In this document: positions 1 through 9,581 of the stretch, piece after piece
Layout: every line of letters begins with the position of its first letter
Position numbering within the stretch: the first letter of the stretch is position 1
From: Elusimicrobiota bacterium
GTDB lineage: Bacteria; Elusimicrobiota; UBA8919
Length of the DNA stretch: 16,867 nt
Direction: 5' to 3'
NCBI GenBank assembly: GCA_043816185.1
Contig: JBDRIG010000042.1
Span: forward strand, 1-16,867
Translations under genes and position numbers: made by a program
The notes under the pieces: model-generated
The model's input: the letters and a program-made list of their open reading frames with translations, nothing else
Database searches by the model: none
Told to the model about the DNA's origin: nothing

Positions 1-189
1 GCGAGGGAAAGATTTTTGAAGAGCCTCGATTTGCGACTTATTCGTTCCAGGAGCAAATCGCAGAGCGAGTTCTAACGAGCGTCTCAAAAAAATCTGTTCC
101 CGAGCGACCTTCACCTTATGACTTTTAGCGGTGCGAGTGAGAGCCCGCCCTCAAAGGTGAGGCGTTTCCGCGAAGCAATTCCCGAACGA
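1..189. repeat. GC-richer nested-palindrome intergenic element (REP/MITE-like), probably cut by the window edge
   Basis: Outer stem gggaaagatttttga (5-19) / tcaaaaaaatctgttccc (84-101), inner stem cgatttgc (27-34) / gcaaatcg (53-60), second stem tcacctt (112-118) / aaggtga (154-160). Also carries cgaagcaat, as in other REP-like units here. Confidence 0.55.
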
Positions 190-945
190 CTATTCTTCCA
201 AAAAAGATATAATTTTTTTTATTTCTTCGGTTAAAATTTTATTTTCAGTATCTATTACTCCGCGATTTTTTTCTAATTTAGTATTGTAAGGTATGAACAA
301 AGTGATATTTTCGGAAAATTTATCTACAATAAAATCTCTATCCTTATCGTTATGGATTTTATTCGCAATTATTAAAACTTTTTTTATATTCAGTTGTTTG
401 GCAAGCGTCAGAATTTTTTTTGTCGTTTCAATACTTGAAAACGATGGCTCCGTTACTATCAGCATTACATCAACAAATGAAGCGGTACCACGAGACAAAT
501 GTTCAATACCTGCTTCCATATCCATAACAACAACTTCTTTTTCCTTTAACAGTAGATTAGAAATCAACGACTTAACAAATGCGTTTTCTGGACAAAAACA
601 CCCTCCCATGGCTGGCTTAAACTTTCCCATTGCCATCAGATGGATTCCATTATGTTTAACAGAAAATTTTTCAGGTATATCGTGGACATCTGGATTCATC
701 TTAAAAAAAGGAGTTGCAAATCCATTATTTTTTGTAATGGTTCGTTCCTGAATGATTTCTTTAAGTTCTGTAATTGTCTGTAGTTTTTCTGGATAAGGGT
801 AGCCCAGAATTGTTGCAAGATTGGCATCGGGATCGCAATCAATAAGCCAAACATCGTTTCCTTTCTGACTTAAAAAAATAGATATAGTAGCAGCAATAGT
901 TGATTTTCCGACGCCACCTTTTCCCGTTACAGCAATTTTATTCAT
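190..945 (-). CDS. cooC: CooC/AcsF-family MinD-type ATPase (nickel-insertion accessory protein)
   Basis: Deviant Walker A GKGGVGKST, IDCDPDANL, metal-binding GGCFCPEN (CxC) and DMEAGIEHLSRGT motifs characteristic of CooC. Confidence 0.9.
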   Translation of the reverse strand: MNKIAVTGKGGVGKSTIAATISIFLSQKGNDVWLIDCDPDANLATILGYPYPEKLQTITELKEIIQERTITKNNGFATPFFKMNPDVHDIPEKFSVKHNGIHLMAMGKFKPAMGGCFCPENAFVKSLISNLLLKEKEVVVMDMEAGIEHLSRGTASFVDVMLIVTEPSFSSIETTKKILTLAKQLNIKKVLIIANKIHNDKDRDFIVDKFSENITLFIPYNTKLEKNRGVIDTENKILTEEIKKIISFLEE

Positions 946-1097
946 CCCGTATCCCGTTTTTTTTCTCTTTTTCGTTTTTACTATTTTTTATACACGAAAT
1001 ATCTCATTTTGTAGTTGATTTTAATAAACCAACAGTTACTTGTCAGCACTATTAGATCATCTCCAATCTAAGTAGATTTGTTTATAGTGGAAGAAGT

Positions 1098-1808
1098 TCA
1101 TTTGAATAACAATCTCTTTGCAATGAGCCATCCGATTAAAATAATAGCTTCCAGCAAAATGCAAAACACGCCCGATGATTTACATAGTTTATTTTCATAG
1201 ACATAGAGTAGTGGTGGGAGAGCTAAAACTAAAAGCAACAAATTCGTTTCATTTTTAAGAACCTTGTTCCAATTAAATAATCTATCTGGCTTTTTAAATT
1301 TTCGTAGTCTTGCAAGAAATACTGGAACAGATTTTTTGTAGTTATCATATACGGTACCAAACTTATTTGATAGGTATGCTTCTTCTGCCTTTATTATGAA
1401 AAAATATTCAATTATAAAAAAAGCGATGATAGTAGTAAAAAAACATGTTTCCCACCACATTATCGTCAGTCCAAGCCACATTAAAAAATTTGCAAGATAA
1501 AGTGGATTTTTGCAAACCTGATACATTCCGTCTGTAACAAGTTGTTCTACATCTATATTTGTCCCACGGCCACTGGTTCCAGGTTTTTTGTAACCAATAA
1601 CTAAAACTCTTATAAAAAAACCGAACAGAGCAAGTGTAAACCCAAAAATATCAAAAAAAATGTCTGCAATTTTTGAACCAAAAGATATTTGTGGTTTTGT
1701 AAAAATTATTAGAATTGCTAAAATTGGAACAAAAAAATAACTTCTATATTTAAATAAAATATTTCCAAAAACAATTGTCCAACGTTGCTTTTTCATATCA
1801 TTTTTCAT
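1098..1808 (-). CDS. Membrane methyltransferase, ICMT/PEMT-like family (resembles lipid A 1-phosphate O-methyltransferase LmtA)
   Basis: Several hydrophobic segments, GTSGR..LVTDGMYQVCKNPLYLANF and EEAYL..KFG..Y..YKKSVP motifs. Start moved to ATG 1808, which has AAGGA upstream. Confidence 0.75.
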   Translation of the reverse strand: MKNDMKKQRWTIVFGNILFKYRSYFFVPILAILIIFTKPQISFGSKIADIFFDIFGFTLALFGFFIRVLVIGYKKPGTSGRGTNIDVEQLVTDGMYQVCKNPLYLANFLMWLGLTIMWWETCFFTTIIAFFIIEYFFIIKAEEAYLSNKFGTVYDNYKKSVPVFLARLRKFKKPDRLFNWNKVLKNETNLLLLVLALPPLLYVYENKLCKSSGVFCILLEAIILIGWLIAKRLLFK

Positions 1809-1830
1809 GTTAAAATTCCTTACAAAAAAA

Positions 1831-2673
1831 TCACAACACAATACTTTTTCTTCTTAATGCATAGCACTGTAGATTTACCGCTACAGGAAGCGATGTGATA
1901 TGTGTTGATTTAACCTCAATTAAAACGGAAAGAGCAGTTGTTGTACCGCCAATTGCCATTGAGCCAAGCCCTGTTTTATTTATTTTCAACAAGATTTTAT
2001 CTTCCAGTTTTCGATAAAATTTTTTTGGATTTTTAGAATCCAATTTTCTTAAAAGTGCTTTTTTGGCAAGAAGTCCGACAGTATCGAAAGTTCCTCCAAG
2101 TCCTATACCAACAATAATTGGTGGGCAAGCATTTGCGCCAGCATTTTTTACTGTTTCAATTATAAAATTTATAATATCATTAATTGTCGATGATGGTGTA
2201 AACATTTTCAGTTGCGACATATTTTCTGCACCACCACCTTTGACAAGAACCGAAATTTTTAACTTATCTCCAGCGACAATTTCTGTATGTATGATTGCGG
2301 GTGTATTGTCGTTGGTATTTTTTCTTTCAAGTGGGTCGAAAACTATTGAGTTTCTTAGATATCCTTTTTTGTATGCTTGTCTTACACCTTCATTTATTGT
2401 ATCAATTAAATTACCGCCAAAAATTTGAATATCTTGACCGACTTCTAAAAAAACAACTGCTGTGCCTGTATCCTGACAAAGCGGAATTTTTTCTCGGCAA
2501 GCAATTTTTTCATTTTCGAGAATTTGTTTTAAAATTTTTTTTGCCCGCGGATTTTTTTCTTTGCTATATGCGGTTTTTATTTTTTGTAAAACATCACGAG
2601 GCATTGAAAAATTTGCATCAAGCAAAAGCGTTTTCACCGTTTCAATAATTTTTTCAGTCGATATTTTACGCAT
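1831..2673 (-). CDS. Fe-S hydro-lyase alpha subunit (two-subunit fumarate hydratase / tartrate dehydratase family)
   Basis: PLCQDTG, KGGGAENMS, NACPP and LPVAVNLQC motifs with the three cluster cysteines; 280 aa fits the alpha subunit only. Confidence 0.9.
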   Translation of the reverse strand: MRKISTEKIIETVKTLLLDANFSMPRDVLQKIKTAYSKEKNPRAKKILKQILENEKIACREKIPLCQDTGTAVVFLEVGQDIQIFGGNLIDTINEGVRQAYKKGYLRNSIVFDPLERKNTNDNTPAIIHTEIVAGDKLKISVLVKGGGAENMSQLKMFTPSSTINDIINFIIETVKNAGANACPPIIVGIGLGGTFDTVGLLAKKALLRKLDSKNPKKFYRKLEDKILLKINKTGLGSMAIGGTTTALSVLIEVKSTHITSLPVAVNLQCYALRRKSIVL

Positions 2674-4171
2674 CTAAATATTCCTCATCAAATACATTCC
2701 CTCTATTAAGAATACATTTTGGATCAAGTACTTTTTTTACACAAGCCATCTGCCTTATTCCATCTTTTCCGTACATAATTTCTAAATATTGATGTTTGAT
2801 TTTTCCGATTCCATGTTCTGCGGAGACGGTTCCACCAAGCGAAACAGCTTTTTTAGCAAAGCATAAATGAAGTTCTTTGGCCTTTAAAAATTCTTTATTA
2901 TCCTTTGGCAAAATATTCATATGGAGATGATTTTCACCAATATGACCAAATATTGTGTACTGCAATTTTGAGAGCTCAAGTTCTGATTTATAATATGAAA
3001 ACATTTCTAAAAATTTTTCATCTGGTACCGCAATATCAGCAGAAATTTTATGAATTATAGGATATTTTTGTTTTGTTTTGGCAAGAGTTTCATTTATAGT
3101 TTCAGGTATAGCATATCTAATTTGTCTTATTTTTTCAACATCTTTTTTTTCAAAGCCACCCCAAGTATTGTCCATCGATGAACCATTTTTTTTAAGAAGT
3201 GTTTCTATTTCAGAAAAAATCTTTTCTAAATTGCTATCAGCATATTCGGTTTCAAAAAAAATTGCTGATTTTTTATCTTCTGGTAAATTGGTCACCTTAG
3301 GCCTCAAAAGTTCAAATGCACCTTTGTCAAAATATTCAAAAACTATTGCCGACGTGAGTATTTTTTTGCATTCTAAAAAAAAGTTTATGGCATTTTGCTC
3401 TTCCGGAAAAAAAGCAAGCAATGTCATTATATTTTCATGTTTTTTTGTTATCGCAAGTTCTACCTCGGTTATTATTCCAAGTGTTCCTTCACTTCCAATA
3501 AATAAATCTATTAAGTCCATATTTTCTTTTGCGTAATAACCTGCTGCGTTTTTTACAGATGGCATTTTGTATTGAGGAATTTTAATTTTTTTTATGTTAC
3601 CGCCCGATAATTTTATTTCTAAATCATAATTAAAAGCAAAAACTTTATCTCTTTCGATTGATAAAATATTACCATCTGCTAAAACAATTCGCAAAGAACG
3701 AACCCAGTTTCTCGTTGAGCCGTACTTAAAACTTCTTTCACCAGAGGCATTTGTTGAAACGGTTCCACCAATTTTTGCAGTTGATTCAGTAACATCAACA
3801 GGATAGAAGTATTTCTCGGTAAGATTTTTTTCGTTTTCTAAAAATTTATAAAGTTCATCAAGTGAAACTCCGCTTTGCAAATAAATGCGGTATTCGTCGT
3901 TAATTTTTTTTACACCGAGAATTTTATTAAATTTTTCAAGTGATATCAAGGCACCTTTTAATGGTACTGCACCTCCAACAACACCTGTTTTACCATTTGA
4001 AATTGTAACAGGAATATTCTTATCAGAACAGAACTTTAAAAATTCGCAAATATCATTTTCATTTTCGGGAAAAGCAAGATATTCGACATTGCCAAATGAA
4101 AATTTCGATTCATCTTGTAAATATGTTAAGAAATCTGAAATAATATTTTCTTTGCCCTCAATAATTCTCAT
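2666..4171 (-). CDS. FAD-linked oxidoreductase, D-lactate dehydrogenase/GlcD (2-hydroxyacid dehydrogenase) family
   Basis: GGTVSTNASG, KNAAGY, LFIGSEGTLGIITE, GHIGENHLH, SAEHGIGKIK and LDPKCILNRG motifs. Overlaps its neighbours by 8 and 4 nt. Confidence 0.9.
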   Translation of the reverse strand: MRIIEGKENIISDFLTYLQDESKFSFGNVEYLAFPENENDICEFLKFCSDKNIPVTISNGKTGVVGGAVPLKGALISLEKFNKILGVKKINDEYRIYLQSGVSLDELYKFLENEKNLTEKYFYPVDVTESTAKIGGTVSTNASGERSFKYGSTRNWVRSLRIVLADGNILSIERDKVFAFNYDLEIKLSGGNIKKIKIPQYKMPSVKNAAGYYAKENMDLIDLFIGSEGTLGIITEVELAITKKHENIMTLLAFFPEEQNAINFFLECKKILTSAIVFEYFDKGAFELLRPKVTNLPEDKKSAIFFETEYADSNLEKIFSEIETLLKKNGSSMDNTWGGFEKKDVEKIRQIRYAIPETINETLAKTKQKYPIIHKISADIAVPDEKFLEMFSYYKSELELSKLQYTIFGHIGENHLHMNILPKDNKEFLKAKELHLCFAKKAVSLGGTVSAEHGIGKIKHQYLEIMYGKDGIRQMACVKKVLDPKCILNRGNVFDEEYLDA

Positions 4172-5568
4172 AATAGTTTTATTAAAAAGTTTGGATTATC
4201 TACGACTGCAACTGTTTTATTGCCAAGATATTTTTTAATCCACGACTTTAATCGTTTTTTTATTGTTTCAGATTTATTACCCCAAAAAACGAAAGGCAAA
4301 AATTTGTAATCCTGGTTTTGTATTCCGTCTTGAATTATATGTAGATTTTCCCAACCAACAAAATGCAATACTTGGAAAAGATCGACGGGTTTTTGTTTGC
4401 CGATTTTAAAATCTTTTTTCACAATATCAACTATAGTGGCAAGTGCTTTTTTAATTCCATATGATTTATCGTCATAATTATTTAGCTCACTCATGCCTAT
4501 TTCCATAAGATTTTTAAACTCTTCATTACCCCAACCTTGATCACATGGTGCGATATTTAAAATGATACCCTCTTTTTTAACAGCATGGTATGCACAATGG
4601 GTTGCCTTGCCCATCTGATAAAGATTTACTCCCCAATGACTTGCGCCAGATATTACTATATCAGCACGTTCTTTTATATTTACAGTCCAAACATTTTTAA
4701 GAATATTGGCAGTTTTTCGATGACTTTCAAATATTTCACCACCTGAAAGATTTACTAAATCACCGTCGGTATCAATAATTGATGCTATTGCATAAATTTG
4801 TCGTTTATTTTTTTTTAGTGCCTCAACAATTGTTTTTACAATTTTTTTCTTCGTCTCAAAAACAGGATTACCGTCCATATTTCCCAAATCTACTTTATGC
4901 GCGAATCCATGATTGCCAAACATTTTCAAGTGTTCGAAGGTAATCGTGTTAATATCGCAAATTCCAGGGCACAATGCTTTTGGTCCTCCAGCAACGCCAG
5001 CAAAATAATGGTTCTCTACATCCGTCAATGGAATCACAATATCTGAATTAAAAACTGTTTCGTTAATTTTTACTGTTAAGCCATCAATCTTGCCTACTTC
5101 AACATTGTTTTCCCTGCATTTGTGAATCACGTAATTAATTCTGCTAACGTGACCGAATATTTTGTTTCCAAGGATTTTTTTAAGTTCGTCGGTGGTAGAT
5201 GGGCGATGAGTGCCAGTTGCGATTACAACTTTTATTTTTTCTGATGGTATTTTGTATTTTACTGTAAGTTTTTCAATTAAAATCGGAAGAAGAAGTCGCG
5301 TGTGAGTGTTTGGTCTATCGTGGTCATCAACTATTATTGACAAATTTCCACCAACATAATTTTTTTTTACAAGAACACTTAATGGTTTCTGATTGCCAAC
5401 AGGTTCCTCGAGTATTTCTGAAAGTTTTTGTTCAACATTTTTTATAACTGGTAATTTTTTAGGAAGAATTAAAGGCAGGAATTGTCCATTATCAATAACT
5501 TTTTGAGGAATGAAGTCAGATAAAACTTTTTTACCATAATGAATAGTTATGTTTTTAGATTTAATCAC
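4168..5568 (-). CDS. larA: LarA-family nickel-pincer-dependent 2-hydroxyacid racemase/epimerase
   Basis: DDHDRP, IATGTHR, ENHYFAGVAGGPKALCPG, TITFEH and NLYQMGKA motifs match the LarA D72/R75, H108, H174/K184 and H200 positions. GTG start has a weak RBS. Substrate is unknown. Confidence 0.85.
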   Translation of the reverse strand: MIKSKNITIHYGKKVLSDFIPQKVIDNGQFLPLILPKKLPVIKNVEQKLSEILEEPVGNQKPLSVLVKKNYVGGNLSIIVDDHDRPNTHTRLLLPILIEKLTVKYKIPSEKIKVVIATGTHRPSTTDELKKILGNKIFGHVSRINYVIHKCRENNVEVGKIDGLTVKINETVFNSDIVIPLTDVENHYFAGVAGGPKALCPGICDINTITFEHLKMFGNHGFAHKVDLGNMDGNPVFETKKKIVKTIVEALKKNKRQIYAIASIIDTDGDLVNLSGGEIFESHRKTANILKNVWTVNIKERADIVISGASHWGVNLYQMGKATHCAYHAVKKEGIILNIAPCDQGWGNEEFKNLMEIGMSELNNYDDKSYGIKKALATIVDIVKKDFKIGKQKPVDLFQVLHFVGWENLHIIQDGIQNQDYKFLPFVFWGNKSETIKKRLKSWIKKYLGNKTVAVVDNPNFLIKLL

Positions 5569-5573
5569 GAGGT

Positions 5574-5927
5574 TTATTTTTTCAGAGGCTTGTTTTTTTT
5601 ATCAAGGAAAACAAGTGTTGGTTTATATTTTTTTGCCTTTTCTTCTTCAACAAATTCTGTTGAAATAATTATGAGTTCGTCGCCAATTTCACCAAGGCGA
5701 GCAGCACCACCATTTAGCTCTATACATCCAGAATTTTTTTTACCTTCAAGTACATATGTCTCAAATCGTGCACCAGTGGTTTTATTAACAACCAACACAA
5801 TTTCATAAGGATAGATATTTGCAAGATCCATAAGTTTTCTGTCAATTTTTATTGAGCCAAGATAATTCAGATTTTTGCTTGTAATTTTTGCTAACTGTAT
5901 TTTTGATTTTGCCATTATTCTAGACAT
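5574..5927 (-). CDS. panD: Aspartate 1-decarboxylase proenzyme
   Basis: K9, the G24-S25 cleavage site, R54, T57-Y58 and N72-GGAAR are at canonical positions; GAGGTG RBS upstream. Confidence 0.92.
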   Translation of the reverse strand: MSRIMAKSKIQLAKITSKNLNYLGSIKIDRKLMDLANIYPYEIVLVVNKTTGARFETYVLEGKKNSGCIELNGGAARLGEIGDELIIISTEFVEEEKAKKYKPTLVFLDKKNKPLKK

Positions 5928-5955
5928 TTTTTTTCACCTCGTAGACAGTATTTAT

Positions 5956-6047
5956 CACCACTTCGTTGAGTTCAGTTGGTCATCTATGGAAAAGCATGCC
6001 AAGTAGAAAATCGGTTGTCAATAAATGAGTCACTTAACGAAGTAGTG
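5956..6047. mobile_element. Candidate MITE (92 bp)
   Basis: IR caccacttcgttgagt (5956-5971) / acttaacgaagtagtg (6032-6047), 14/16 match. Flanks gtatttat / gtaactat (6/8) may be a decayed target duplication. Confidence 0.55.
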
Positions 6048-6077
6048 GTAACTATCTTAACTTCCAGTTTCTCTCGT

Positions 6078-9000
6078 TCAATTTGCTACGTTCAAATATT
6101 CCTTTTCTTTGAATCCTTCGAGATGTACAGAGATGATTTTAGAAACGCCAGGTTCTTCCATCGTCACACCATATAAAGCATTCGCCGATTCCATTGTGCG
6201 TTTGTTGTGTGTTATTATAAGGAATTGAGATGTTTTAGCGAATTCTTTAAGCATTCTTGTAAATCTCAGCACATTTGCTTCGTCAAGTTGACCGTCAATT
6301 TCATCAAGTATACAAAATGGAGCAGGTTTTATTAGATATATAGCGAAAAGAATTGCTATTGCAGTAAGTGATTTTTCTCCGCCAGAAAGGAGTGATATAT
6401 GTTGGAGTTTTTTCCCAGGCGGTTGCGCTATAATGTCAATTCCAGTTTCTAGTAGATTTCCTTCATCGATAAAAAACAAATCTGCTTGTCCCCCTTCAAA
6501 CAATTGGGTAAATATACTCTTAAAATTTTCGCGAACCTGTACAAACGTTTTCTGAAAATTATGACGGGTAGTAATATTAATTTTGTTTATTGCGTTGTGC
6601 AAATCTTCACGCGCTTTTTCAAGATCATCTTTTTGTTTCATTAAAAAATTATATCGTTGTTCCAATTGCTCATATTCTTCTGGTGCTGCAAGATTTACCG
6701 CTCCAAGAATATCTATTTTCTTTTTTAGTTTTTCAACTTCTTGATATTCTAATTGTACCTCTTTGTAACTATTGACGGCATCTTCAATTGCAATTTCTTT
6801 TTCTTCTTTCATTCGGCTTTCAATTTGTCTCATTTCCGAAGTGGTGCTTGAAATAGTTTTTTCGATTGTGCGAATTTCATCTTGAAGAATTCCTTGTTTC
6901 ATCCGATGGCTTTTTAAGATATTTTCAAGTTCAATTATTTTATTTTTGACTCCATCACGTTTTTTTTCAATATTTTTAATAACATCATCCGCAATATCTT
7001 TTGAAACAACGATTTCATTTATTTGGAATGTTGAGTCAAATATTATTTTCTCCATAACGGCAATTTTTTTTATAGAATCATTTAGATATTTATTTGCTCT
7101 CTCAATTTTTTCTGACACGTATTGAAAAGCACCATTAGTTGTTTCGATTTTTTCCTTAATGTTTTCCAATTGAGAATTTTTGACTGAAAAATCTACCTGT
7201 GCATTTGTGAGATCACAATCTAACAATTCTCGTTCCGATTGAAGTTCTTTTATGTGATTATTCAATTGAGAAAATTCAATTTTTGCTGAATTTTCCTGTT
7301 CATTAATTTTAGATATTCGTTCTGTAAATAGTACTATTTCTGATTCTTTTTCAGTTTTCTGATTTTTTAGATTTTCATATTCGCAGGATAAGATTGATGA
7401 ATAATTAACCGATGTTTTTAATGACTCTTCTGTCATAGCAAGTTCGGTTGTAATTTGGATTAGTTCAGAATTTTGTGTTTCAGTAGAGGTAATAGTGTTA
7501 GTTAGTTCCGTATCAATTGAACTAATTTCGTTTTGGTAATTTTTTATCGACTCAATTAAACTATTAATTTCATCGTTTATAGTTGCAGTTTTATTTTTAA
7601 AACAGTTTATTTCTATTGATGTTTTCAGACCATTTTTTGGCCAATTTTTTATAACCCCGCCAGTCACTATACCTCGATTATAGATATTGTCATTTTTTAT
7701 TATCACATCGTTTACTAAAAACTCAATAATTTTTTTGAATTTTGTGTCGCAATCAATAAGGTCAGCAATTTTTTTATTGTGTTCTTCAAGATTATTCGCT
7801 TCATCCAGAACAACACTTTTATTTTCAATAACAGTGTCAATTTGCAATCTTTCAATTTCCGACATTATCAAAAATGTTGCCCAGCCATAATTTTTGGTTT
7901 TTAACCAATCTATGACTTCAGTTGCTGTACTTTCAGTATCGCAAATAAGATAATCACTTTTTTCACCAATTGCCATCTGAACAGCGGAAATGTTCTCATC
8001 GCACACAGAAATAACATCACACACTGTTCCATAGACTCGCCCTTCGAATGTTTCTTTTATTTTTTGATTAAGTTCATAATTTGAGTTTTGTATAAGTGCT
8101 TCAGTTTGTGCGGTCAACTGTGCAGCCAATTCTTTTTTTGAGAAAAGTTCGTTTTGGTTTTTTTCTATATTTGTGTGCAATTGATTTTTTTTATCTACCA
8201 AGTTTTTGTTTTTCTTTTTTAATTCGTCGATGGTTAAATTAATGCCATTGATTTTTTCTCTAAGTCCGTTTATAATTTTTTCCTGCTCCATTTTTTTAGT
8301 TAAAGTTTCTTGTTCTTGAATTTTTTGTTTTTCGATGTGACTATTCATCTCTTTAATATCTGAATCAATAGAGGTTTTTCTGTTGTGAAATTCAGATAAT
8401 TCTGTTGCGGTAGTAAAAATTAGTTGCCTTAAATTTTCGATACGCAAATTTAAATCCACAATTTCTAAGTTTAATTTATTTTTTTGTTCAGTTTTTTTGG
8501 CGAGTGTTTCAGCTAATATTGGAACGATTTTCTCGATGTTGTCAAGTTCACTTCTAACGAGAGATAGTTCATTTTCATAATTATTTTTACCAATTTGCCC
8601 TTGTTTAATTTCCTGTTCTAATTCGGAATTTCTTGCGAGATTTTCCGTAATGGTAGTTTTTGCAGAGAGTATCCGCTCGTTTAATATTGCAATAGATGAT
8701 TCAATTTTGTTTGTTTGTGTACGTTTTGATATGAGTTCATCCTCAGTTAGTGTTAGTGTAATTTTTAATTCCGAGTAATTAGTATCTAATTTATCTATTT
8801 CAAGAGAGATATCCGAATATTTTTCATTTATTTTTTTAAGTTCTTTTGATTTCGTTGAGTTGGTTTCTTTAATTTCAAGATATTTTTTTACAAGAGAATT
8901 TACTTCGTGGGTTTTTAGTTCTGATAGATATTTTTGATACTGTCTTGCCTTTCTTGCCTGTGTATCAAGTTTACTTTTTTGGTTTTCGAGTTCCAACAAA

Positions 9001-9581
9001 ATATCATTCAATCGCAACATATCCTGCCCAACTTTCTCAAGTTTTTTAAGTGCCTCTTCTCGTTTTGATTTGTATTTTGAGACGCCAGCAACTTCTTCAA
9101 AGATGCATCTTCTCTCTTGTGGCTTTGATTGCAAAATAAAATCAATTTCCCCTTGTTCCATTATTGAATATGAATTTGTTCCAAGTCCTGTGTCAAGAAA
9201 GAGATCTTTTATATCTTTTAGGCGAACAGGAATTTTATTTAATTGATATTCCGATTCGCCTGTCCTGAAAAGCCGTCGAGCGATAGATATTTCCGAGTAA
9301 TCAATAGGAAGTACGTTTTTTGAATTATCAAATGCAATCATTATTTCTGAAATAGAAGTTGGTGATCTTTCTGACGTGCCATTGAAAATAACATCTTCCA
9401 TTTTTGTTCCTCGTAATGATTTTGCCGATTGCTCGCCAAGGACCCATTTTATGGCATCTGTGATGTTTGTTTTTCCACAGCCGTTGGGTCCAACAATTGC
9501 TGTAATGCCTTCTCCAAAATTAAGAACAGTTTTATCTGCAAATGATTTAAATCCGCTTAATTCAATTGTTTTTAGGTGCAT
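6078..9581 (-). CDS. smc: Chromosome segregation protein SMC
   Basis: GFKSF, Walker A GPNGCGKTN, long coiled coils, central hinge, LGAVNLAA, signature LSGGEKS, Walker B ILDE and ITH motifs. Confidence 0.97.
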   Translation of the reverse strand: MHLKTIELSGFKSFADKTVLNFGEGITAIVGPNGCGKTNITDAIKWVLGEQSAKSLRGTKMEDVIFNGTSERSPTSISEIMIAFDNSKNVLPIDYSEISIARRLFRTGESEYQLNKIPVRLKDIKDLFLDTGLGTNSYSIMEQGEIDFILQSKPQERRCIFEEVAGVSKYKSKREEALKKLEKVGQDMLRLNDILLELENQKSKLDTQARKARQYQKYLSELKTHEVNSLVKKYLEIKETNSTKSKELKKINEKYSDISLEIDKLDTNYSELKITLTLTEDELISKRTQTNKIESSIAILNERILSAKTTITENLARNSELEQEIKQGQIGKNNYENELSLVRSELDNIEKIVPILAETLAKKTEQKNKLNLEIVDLNLRIENLRQLIFTTATELSEFHNRKTSIDSDIKEMNSHIEKQKIQEQETLTKKMEQEKIINGLREKINGINLTIDELKKKNKNLVDKKNQLHTNIEKNQNELFSKKELAAQLTAQTEALIQNSNYELNQKIKETFEGRVYGTVCDVISVCDENISAVQMAIGEKSDYLICDTESTATEVIDWLKTKNYGWATFLIMSEIERLQIDTVIENKSVVLDEANNLEEHNKKIADLIDCDTKFKKIIEFLVNDVIIKNDNIYNRGIVTGGVIKNWPKNGLKTSIEINCFKNKTATINDEINSLIESIKNYQNEISSIDTELTNTITSTETQNSELIQITTELAMTEESLKTSVNYSSILSCEYENLKNQKTEKESEIVLFTERISKINEQENSAKIEFSQLNNHIKELQSERELLDCDLTNAQVDFSVKNSQLENIKEKIETTNGAFQYVSEKIERANKYLNDSIKKIAVMEKIIFDSTFQINEIVVSKDIADDVIKNIEKKRDGVKNKIIELENILKSHRMKQGILQDEIRTIEKTISSTTSEMRQIESRMKEEKEIAIEDAVNSYKEVQLEYQEVEKLKKKIDILGAVNLAAPEEYEQLEQRYNFLMKQKDDLEKAREDLHNAINKINITTRHNFQKTFVQVRENFKSIFTQLFEGGQADLFFIDEGNLLETGIDIIAQPPGKKLQHISLLSGGEKSLTAIAILFAIYLIKPAPFCILDEIDGQLDEANVLRFTRMLKEFAKTSQFLIITHNKRTMESANALYGVTMEEPGVSKIISVHLEGFKEKEYLNVAN

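Noticed and set aside
190..945. ParA/MinD call for the ATPase, suggested by smc nearby
   Set aside because: The GCxCP and DMEAGIEH motifs are diagnostic of CooC.
5976..6176. 66-aa plus-strand ORF
   Set aside because: It starts inside an inverted-repeat element and overlaps the smc 3' end antisense.
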